Part shown: piece by piece, positions 54,330 through 64,000 of the stretch | Layout: each line of letters starts with the position of its first letter | Numbering within the stretch: position 1 is the stretch's first letter | Assembly: GCA_951406725.2 (NCBI GenBank) | Contig: OX597820.1 | Span: 81,716,001-81,780,000 of the forward strand | Source: Octopus vulgaris | Taxonomy: Eukaryota | Direction: 5' to 3' | DNA: 64,000 nt | The notes under the pieces: model-generated | The model's database searches: none | The model's input: the letters and a program-made list of their open reading frames with translations, nothing else | What the model was told of the DNA's origin: nothing | Position numbers and translations under genes: made by a program

Positions 54330-55105
54330 AGAAACACAATAATAACATAATTGGATTATATTTCCTTTTGCTAAACATTTGAAGTCTAATTTTATAAAGT
54401 CTATTCGTTCTCTTATTAAATCAAATTTTAGTAAATCTAAGTATGCTGGGATATCCAATATCAGAATGATTAGATTTGGCTTATCAGTTTCTTCTAACAT
54501 ATTTAGGATTATTTCTTCCTTTAACAATAGCTAACTAAATATTTACTACAAGAATTTAACCCCCTCTAATACTTAGACTATTATTCAAATAGCTCTGTAT
54601 CTTCTACCAACGATTCCCATACTCACACAATCTCTTCCTCTATCAACACACATACACATAATAATACGCCTAATATTAGTAACACTTGTAACTGTAGAAA
54701 CCCTAACACCTGTGAGGTGAAAAGTAATTGTAAAATGAAAAAGTTGTATATAAAGCTACTATCACAACACGTGATCTCTCTAGGTTTCATTATATAGGTT
54801 TCACGCAGACTCCTCTTAAATTGCGTTTGAATAATCATAAATAAACATTTAATGATCCTCAGAAAGAAAGTAGTACTAGTTTATCCAAAAAGGTATGGCA
54901 ACTTAAAAGAGACAACATAGATTTCTCAATTTCTTGCAATATTCTTTCTTCTGCCCCCTCTTATAGGATTAGAAATAGAACGTGCCTTTTATGCCTTGAA
55001 GAGTCTTATATAATTATGAAAATGAACGGTTCTATCTTAAATTCGAGAGATGAAAGAGATTTCTTTTGTAAACAAATGTCCAAATTTTTTTTCATTAACC
55101 TTAAA
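54330..55105 (+). mobile_element. Decayed Penelope-like GIY-YIG endonuclease region
   Basis: CNCRNPNTCEVKSNC, YYIG, STSLSKKVWQLK, CLLCLEES and LNSR..CKQ fragments; frameshifted. Confidence 0.7.
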
Positions 55106-56462
55106 TAGTCTTACTGATTAGCTCTTTGCCTTTTTCTTATTAGCTCTTATTACACTCTTAGGCTATGTGTATGAGTGTATTCTCTGTATGTGTATGTGTG
55201 AGTGTATGTACATTTTTTATATATATGTGTGTGTTACGTATGTATGTATATGTGTATGACTGTATATCCTTATGTGTTAAGTGTATATGTTTTTGCTATC
55301 ACTTGTAATTTTTTGGATTTTTCTCCTTCATATATTCGTTTTTTGTTCCTACTCTTTTCTGATTGTCTCCCCTACCTCGGGCTAGTTTTTGAGTAAGGTA
55401 ACTATTTTGAATTACACCGGTCAGTCTTGTCTGATCGATGTTTTTTCCTTCTTAAGTTCTCTTTGTTTATTTTCTCTGCATATATGTACATTTTTACTTT
55501 AATATTGTAACTTTTTTAAACATACTTTTGCCCATCACTTTTTAGCCTCGTGTAAAATATATATACATATATTTTATCGTTTTTCAATATTAATATGTAT
55601 ATGTATTACTCTCTGTTTTTTTCTACTAGTCCAACTGTTACGTTATATTCTACTTTACACACGTGGCCCTGTTTATTATACTTTGTCTTGACCTGTTACC
55701 ATTTTTTAAAACATACCCGTTAGCTTTTCATTCTTATTTTTATGTTATAGTTTACCGCCAATATAGACGTGCATACACAAAAATATAAACACGTTTTTAA
55801 GCACAGCACACACGGAATCCAGAGGAAACACTATCTTTCACCCGGCACTGTCATTCATGCAGTGCTCTCTCCCTTGTGTGAAGCTTCCTATCTCGGACAT
55901 GTGAGCATGCGCACAACAGCCAAACACCGCGTCGCTGGAACTGTGAAGTGCACAGTTCTATACGAGAATTTTCGTATTCTTTTCATAAACTAGGCGATGG
56001 CTACTGACATTAAGCTTAAAGATTATATAATGTACAAGCATGAAGAAAGAATTAAAAAGAAAAGGACTCATTATATTGAATGTTATCGATAATATCGAGT
56101 GGAAATAGGGAGTGCTGCAGTTCCGCAGTGCCTACACACGAGCTGCCACTGACTAAGACTTTGGTTTTTGCTATGTTAACTCTACGGCCCATCGATTCTA
56201 GACCTTGCTTCCATAGCTGGAACCTCTTCTTCGTGACTGAAGATTGAAGGCTTCGAATGTCCCGTCCGTGGTTTTTGTATCGTCTTCTAAATGTTTTGCG
56301 TTCTTGTCCCAGTTTGTATTTTTTTACATATACATATATATATATATATATATATGAAACTGATGAAGGGCAAGGGATGTGGAGGGTTGTGGATTTAGCA
56401 CTCGTCTTTATTCAGTACGACGGTCGTTTCGAGCTTTCTTGCAACTGTGTGTTATAGGTAAG

Positions 56463-57031
56463 ATATTCTTTTCTGCTCTAGGCACAAGGCCTGAAATTTT
56501 GGGGGAGGGAGCCAGTCGATTAGATCGACTACAGAACGCAACTGTTACTTAATTTATAGACCTCGAAAGGATGAAAGACAAAGCCGACCTCGGAGGAATT
56601 TGAACTCAGAACGTAAAGACAGACGAAATCTTTACTATCCACAAGAGGCTAAACACAGAGAGGACAAAAAAGGACAGACAAACGGATTCAGTCGATTATA
56701 TCAACCCCAGTTTGTAACTGGTACTTTATTTATCGACCCCGAAATGATGAAAGGCAAAGTCGACCTCGGCGGAATTTGAACTCAGAACGTAACGGCAGAC
56801 GAAATACTTATTTCTTTAATACCCACAAGGGGTTAAACACAGAGAGGACAGACAAACGGATTAAGTCGATTATATCGACCCCAGTGCGTAACTGGTACTT
56901 AATTTATCGACCCCGAAAGGATGAAAGGCAAAGTCGACCTCGGCGGAATTTGGACTCAGAACGTAACGACAGATGACACACGGCAACGCATTTCGCCCGG
57001 CGTGCTAACGTTTCTGCCAGCTCGCCGCCTT
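56463..57031 (-). mobile_element. SINE family B trimer
   Basis: Three cores atgaaag(g/a)caaag(t/c)cgacctcgg with a single head at ~56985-57031. Confidence 0.92.
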
Positions 57032-57589
57032 GTTATGGGTAGGATATTCTGCACCAAAATGTGTTGCATCAGCCTGTGCAGTTTATGTTACGTCAAGTAC
57101 ATGCATAACAGACATCCCTCTAGGTATATTGGGTTCTACCAGGCATTTTCTTCATGCCCGCTGTATTTTGGTTATAACAGGCTAATGTATCCATGTATGT
57201 TTGTATGAATTAAAATCAAAATGAGGGTGAAAAAATTGGATATTAATTTAATAACATCAATTTAACATCAGTGGTTTAGCGCATAAAAAACTGAGATTCA
57301 GGAAATATTATTTCTCAAGAAAACAGTGAAACAATTGTAAGGGGTTAATCTATATTTTTGTTATTTTTCATTTGTCCTGCTCGCTTACGTTCATAGTGCG
57401 CTAAATTTTTCTTGAGGACAATTCTTAGTGGTTGAGACTCATGCGGATCTCTCTTTAGCGTAAGGGCGTCCACTTAGTGGATTCTCTCTCATATTTATGT
57501 TTGTATGTGTGTATGTATGTAAGAAAGAGAGGGGGAAGAGATCAATAACGACTCAAGTAGCATTGAAAATAATTTAGTCCTATAAATAC

Positions 57590-58192
57590 AGAACAATAAC
57601 AATAACCATTTAAAATGAGGGAAACAATACAACACCACAACATAAACAATAAAAAAAAAACTATGTCAACAATAACAACAGCAACAACTTCAAGAAAGCA
57701 ACGTGAATAACAATAGCAGTAAAAACAACTACAACTCTAATAATAATAATAATAATAAGAGTAAAATCAAAACTATGTTAACAAAAATATCAGCCATATC
57801 ACCCTACTATCAACCCCCTGTAACCGCTACCGCTCTCGCCACTACCACCCTTTCCGTGGTACGCTCCCACCCCACCAGGCCAGGAAAGGAATGTCACTTT
57901 AAGACTTGCAGAGCCCTCATACCACCTCATACACACACACACATACACGCACTTGTCACTATCACCCTGGCCAGGCTCTCCACCTGCTGTACCCATGCAA
58001 ACTCTTTTCACCGTTGATATGGTCATCACAAGCAGTACTCTCCCCTGTTCACCTTATAATGCCGTCACTTCTCACCACCGCTAACACCAACATCGCACCA
58101 CCACCACTACGACGACGATCACCACCACCTTCTCCTGCATTACCTCCACCACCACCACCACCATCACCATCACCACCACTACTACTACTACA

Positions 58193-58286
<94 letters not shown>

Positions 58287-58612
58287 TATCATTTCCACAT
58301 CTTCCCACTACCGACGCTTTCACCAACGTCACCACTAACATCCCCACCAACAACAACAACAACGACACCCCACCAACACTACCGACCACTACAAACACCA
58401 TTACCAATACGAAGAACTACTACAAATAATAACACCAACACCACCATCACCACCGAGACCTCCGCATCTCCGAACCACTAACACTTCAACCATCATAACC
58501 ACCACCACCACCACCACCAACAACAACAACAACCACAACTACCAACATCAGCTCCAACCCCACCGCCTGTTCCACCACCACCACCACAACCATTATCATC
58601 AGCATCAACAAC
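57590..58612. repeat. Trinucleotide low-complexity region (AAC, ACC, TAC, AAT)
   Basis: Directly visible. Confidence 0.9.
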
Positions 58613-59026
58613 CAGTTGAGAAATATCGCAGGCAGTTGTAAAAATACGGTTACAGTGATCTTTTGTTGACCTCTTTCTCTCCCAAACTGATGTGAATGGG
58701 TCCTGGATAATATTGAAGGCTGCTGTAGCGAAAGAGAAGGTTTTCATGTGATAGATGCATTTGTAAGCTGTGAGCAAGTGTATGTATGTGTGTGTGTGTG
58801 TGTGTGTGTTTGTCTGTATGTCTGTGTATCTGTGAGCCCTGTATTTTAGTAGTGAGATCTGTAATTGTATGTAATCTTAAGTAAATATAGTGTTAGTGTG
58901 TCTATACGTGTGAAATATATATATATATATACACATATACATACATATGTATGAATGTATGTGTGTGTATATTATTAAATATATTAGAGGTGGATATTCA
59001 GTGTGATAGTACGCGTGTGCGTGTGG

Positions 59027-59067
<41 letters not shown>

Positions 59068-59529
59068 CACACATACATACATGTGCACATGCTCACATAT
59101 ATACTCACACACTGAATATCCACCCTTAACATACATGCATATATTCGGGTTAACTCTTATAGCTTTTTTTTTTTCAAGTGTCTTTAATTAATCATCAGAT
59201 CGACCTCAATACTTAAAATATAATACACGTTTTATGGAAATCTTTTTATGGGATAGCCAAGTCCATTTCAGTTAAGGCTTTTCAAACAGTCACTTACTTC
59301 TCTTTTGCAGTGTTTTTGTACATCACAAGATAGTTATTACGCCGGTATATTAATATCGTCCTTGGTGAACGACAGCGTCATTGGTAACAGCTCATACATT
59401 TTATTAAAAGTTTGTTTACTCACTATATTTCTTGACAAACAGAGCGAAAAAAGAGTACCTGTAACCGATGCAAAACAAATTATTCGAAGGGACTTCGTTT
59501 GTAAATTGATTTTCTGCATATGCACGTAC

Positions 59530-60120
59530 GAATGGGAGTGATCTTGTGCTGCACTTGGTATGAGATATTCAGAAAATGAGGCACCAGTTCCTCAGGGCCT
59601 ATACTGCTTTTGGATTTCTTTGAAGAAAACGTAGGTGATGCTTACATCTGTGCCAAGGGAAACGGGTGTAATACTAGATATATTCTTGAAATGGATCGGA
59701 CTTGATGCCATAGATTCTTTTGTGTATCATGGCAGCTGTTTCCATGGATGGATCCCTAGATTCTGAAATCAACTTGAGAATTGAGAAAACTTTGAGCCTC
59801 GCAGTTATGATGCTTGGGTCACCACAACCCTACATTACGCATCTGAGACATGGTCCGATTCCTGTATTAACGACACATCAAAATACTTGTGAAATGTTAC
59901 CAGAAAAAGAGCTGGAAATCTGTTACACCTGACTTGCAGCGACTGGAAAAGGTAGTATTGAAGAGTTCATCACCATGTAGCATGTGATAGGTTGGTCATG
60001 TCAACTATGTTGATGATTTTATGCTTCCGAAATAATTATTTTATAAACAATTATTCCTCTATAAGAGTCCCCAATATAAACCATAAAAAAATTCAGGACA
60101 TCACTTCAACAGCTTTAGTC
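59530..60120 (+). mobile_element. Very old RTE-like RT C-terminal remnant
   Basis: DSFVYHGS / DGSLDSEINLRIEK and a later GHV..DD..LPK-like fragment. Confidence 0.45.
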
Positions 60121-60506
60121 CTTGGACACCAGCCCTATTTCTAACACCAGCGCCTTAAAGATGGCACTCCTAGATAAGGGATGGGCTCAGGTGGAATATT
60201 TTTAATCGTAAAACTGCCGTGATTGGAATTAAGTTGAAGTTAAGTAGCGAGAGCAACAAAAGCAATAACAACATAAACATGTAGTATACAAACAATATTG
60301 TTTATTATTGTCCCAACTATTCTGTCCACCATTCATCTTTTTCTCTTCTCACCTTTATATTCCACCCATCATGTATTTCTTGTCACTTATATCTATCATC
60401 TGCCTTGTCTTCACTAATAAATTATATTTCATTCCATGATTTATATTTCTGCATTTATTCATTCTCTCACTCATTTTTTTTCTTTTTTTCTTCACTTATT
60501 TTCCAG

Positions 60507-61018
60507 TGTACGGTTATGTTCCTACACATGCAAGAGATCACTACCACAACCGAACTCGCTCCAAACCATTTAAGAACATACAGCGTGGTGCTGGCGGCGG
60601 CGGTCTTGACGGTCTGTTAAAAGGGAGCGAAGGGCGTCGGCATTCCAGACCGAAACCACCAGACAAGAAACGGAATGTCGTTAATGCGTTGAGTCGCAGA
60701 GGCTTCATACCTGATACACAGAAATGTTGTCGTGTGGGCAAGAAGGTTGCACGACGAAAGCTGGCGTGCAGTATGAATGTACATCTATCGAACAGCGACA
60801 GTAATTCATCATATAGAAGCACCAACTATCATAAAAGACAATACTTGGGGAAACTTTTCCCCAAGATCGGTCGATGTGCGGCCAGATTCACTAGCCATTT
60901 TGAAAAGTGCTGCAAAATGCGTCAAGAATACATGCAGCGTGTGAGGAAATCCTGTAAATCCCGAAAGAACTACAGGAAGAGAAAATGCCGGGAAGTTGTC
61001 AGGCGGAATTTACAATAA
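60507..61018 (+). CDS. Terminal coding exon of a secreted, Lys/Arg-rich protein with anaphylatoxin-like cysteine motif
   Basis: Long polypyrimidine tract ending ttccag|. Open non-repetitive frame of 170 codons to TAA with 8 Cys (CC-x12-C-x35-C-x10-CC-x13-C-x10-C). Joining to exon 8975-9029 gives ...TFTT-V-YG|YVPTH, a plausible signal-peptidase site. Confidence 0.8.
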
Positions 61019-62304
61019 TGATGATAACAACAACAACAACAATAATAATAATAATAACAATAATAATAATAACAATCTGCATATATTCAAGACAACAAAT
61101 TAACAAACGTGTATATATGACTCTGTTCGAAACAATGAAAAAAAAACAACCAAAAACTAAAAGCATACAAAAACAACAGAAGCATACGCATACACACTCT
61201 CGCTGTGAATGATAGGCAACAATTTTTTAGTAAACGTAAACAAAATCACCGTGATAACAAGAACTAGAACAGGGGTGGCGACATAACAAAACGAGAAAAT
61301 AGCAAAAAAGGAAAACTGTGAAAAGGAAAATTGAAAAAAGAGTGGAAATTAACGAGGGTGGGGAGGTGGGCAAGTGAAGAAAAAAAAGAAAGAAATATAT
61401 GTACATTATAATGTTTTAATATATATACATTATAGTGTTAAAGAATTTGGGAATTGAGATTGGTGTGGATGGCAGATTCGGTAGCAAACCAAACGGAATG
61501 CCTTGTTTGATTTAATTACGCCCCTTTGTGGTTTCAAATCCAAGCTAGGTGGAATTTATATGTCTTCTCTTCGCGTTCATAAAATGACGCACTGATCGTG
61601 TACCAACTAACCAGGAAAAGGTGTGGATTCTATCATAGAAATTATTATTGTTGGAAGAACAAAGAGGGAAAGAAAACCGATGGTTTCTCGTCATATAGGT
61701 TAGCCTTCCTCTCTGCCACTCTCCACTTCCACACTTTACAACACGAACAACAAGAACTACATTCAAAATTATCATAAGTGACACCGATTGCTATAATTGC
61801 CGTATCTACGATATCAACAACGAGAAGAGTTTGATTATAATGAGATATGCTAACTTTAAATAATGACTGTAACACTGGTTGTTTCTTCTGTAGTAGTAAC
61901 AACCGTAACAGTGGGAGTGCAGCATCGACAGTAAAATTAACAATAGCTATGGCAACGATGACAATCACAAGTGAAGCAATTTAACCAGAACATTCGCAAA
62001 TTAGCAATACTGCTACTGACTTAACATTTGGATCGAGAAAAATGCCATAAGCAAACCTACAAGAAAAGTATTGATGTGAAGTAACTAGAAAAAACAACGA
62101 CAAGAGTAGCCTACGCATTAGCAACATTATCTGTAATTTGCCAATAGCAACAGCTAGGGTATCCATGGAACTTATCGCAACAACACTAGACATTAGCAAC
62201 ATGAACAAGAATATTCACAAAATGTTAGTAATAGCATCATCATTAAAACAATAATATATAACACTTTTAAGACAACAAAAATAGCAAATAAATCCTCCTC
62301 CACA

Positions 62305-62339
<35 letters not shown>

Positions 62340-63009
62340 GTCGTCGTCATCATCATCATCTTCAACAACAGATGCGTAATAATGCATCAGCAATAACTAC
62401 AGCAACATCATAATCATCAGCAGCAGCAACAACACCATCATCAACGCTACCATCGTCGTTATCATCATCACAAACACCGTAACCATCGTCGTCAATACCA
62501 TCTCTTGCTACTGTCATTTCAGCAACAATGTCATCTGTCACAGTAGCTTCAGCTGTTAGAGACAACATGTGCAGGAATAGCAGCAAGTTGAAGAAACAAG
62601 GAACTACAGAAACTACGTATATAATAAAAGAACGTAACAACATCAACAACCACAATAGTGCAAGGGACCAGCTCGCAAGAGAGACTCTACGTTCCCACAT
62701 CTACCATCTAAAAAACCACTTTAAATTACACCTGTTGTCTTAAAATAATTCACTCTGTATTTTACTGTCTTAAAACGCTCAAATGAAATTCTACTGCCTT
62801 TAAACAACTTAAACTATGGCATACTGCTTACCGATAGAAAAAAAGATTAATAACAATAAAGAAAAAATACATATCCTACTGTCTCAAAATTTCCCAAAGC
62901 ACACCCCACAACCTCAAACCTCCTTATGCTCCATCTTAACCACTTTAGAAAATTGTTTAATTACATCCAACTGTTTTAAAACAATGCTTCTAAAAATTAA
63001 GACACAGTA

Positions 63010-63167
63010 CAGGTGTGGCCGTGTGATAAGAAGCTTGCTTCCAGACTACATGATTTCATGTTCCCTCCCACTGCGTGGCACCTTGGGCAAGTGTGTTCTA
63101 CTATAACCTCGAGCCGACCAAAGCCTTATAAGTGGACGCGGTAGACGGAAACTGAAAGAAGCCCACC

Positions 63168-63170
<3 letters not shown>
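63010..63170 (+). mobile_element. SINE family A, 5' half
   Basis: ccactgcgtggcaccttgggcaagtg..gacggaaactgaaagaagccc. Confidence 0.88.
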
Positions 63171-63218
<48 letters not shown>

Positions 63219-63772
63219 TAACAAAGATGTACGGGTGTCAAGTCATTACAGCCGTTTTAAGTGGCACCATTTAATTGATTAATGAAAACATTACATCAAT
63301 AATGGAAACCAAAATATTTACATTGTTACCTTTTGTTATATCCGTGGGCGAATGAGTTTTAGAAAATAATGCGTGCCTTGATACGCCTACTATAATTTAG
63401 AGAGTAGCAGAGGAAACAGTGGGGATCGGGATAAAAGGTGTGGTGACGTAGTTATATTTAGAAGACTCTATGTAGTATACAGTTTTCAACCATTTAGAAT
63501 TAAATCCATTGGGAGTTGTCAACTGTATTCTAGTTAATAGTGATAAATCAATTAATGTCAGACAATCTCCTAGACTCCCAATGTACTGGAACCATATATC
63601 TAGCTTTATCTACATAAAATGGTAGGCTGCAAGGTTGGTAGTAAGAGAATGTCTGGTAGGAAGGGGGGGGGTAACTGGAAGAAAGAAGGATAGGGGTGGC
63701 CAATACTTATTTAGATTATCAAATAAAGGACAATATAATGAAAAACCAGGAGATAAGTAATATACATTTTGT

Positions 63773-64000
63773 GGAGGCGCAATGGCCCAGTGGTTAGGGC
63801 AGCGGACTCGCGGTCATAGGATCGCGGTTTCGATTCCCAGACCGGGCGTTGTGAGTGTTTATTAAGCGAAAACACCTAAAAGCTCCACGAGGCTACGGCA
63901 GGGGATGGTGGTGATCCCTGCTGTACTCTTTCACCACAACTTTCTCTCACTCTTACTTCCTGTTTCTGTTGTACTTGCATTTCAAGGGGCCGGCCTTGTC
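63773..64000 (+). mobile_element. tRNA-derived SINE with a family-C-like 3' part, cut by the window end
   Basis: A box tggcccagtgg, B box gtttcgattccc; ends in gcatttcaaggggccggccttgtc, similar to family C gtatttcgaagagccagccttgtc. Confidence 0.8.

Noticed and set aside
61545-62743. Hydrophobic minus-strand ORFs downstream of the gene
   Set aside because: Derived from AAC/ATC/AGC-rich low-complexity sequence, probably 3' UTR or flank.
63773-63850. Functional tRNA gene
   Set aside because: Acceptor and T stems do not pair properly, and the sequence continues into a SINE body.

Overview
AT-rich, microsatellite-saturated eukaryotic DNA. The tRNA-derived SINE families and repeat content suggest a cephalopod, probably Octopus (inference). 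The one well-supported host gene is on the + strand. A signal-peptide exon (8975-9029) is phase-compatible with a terminal exon (60507-61018) across a ~51.5 kb intron. Together they give a 188-aa secreted, very basic protein with an anaphylatoxin/fibulin-like CC..C..C..CC cysteine frame. The intron and flanks are mostly decayed transposons: Tx1/L1, CR1, RTE and R4/Dong LINE remnants, three Penelope-like elements (PLEs), a full-length mariner nested in an older mariner, a DD37D/maT element, MITEs and about 30 SINE copies of three families. At least seven type I hammerhead ribozyme motifs of the PLE kind are present. One is a canonical stand-alone copy and one is a U3-A8 core variant. One PLE terminal repeat combines a tRNA-like Pol III cassette, a TAA microsatellite and a hammerhead. 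Most ORFs in the supplied track are microsatellite artefacts. There is a 100-N gap at 41434-41533. All calls were made by eye, and boundaries of decayed elements are approximate.
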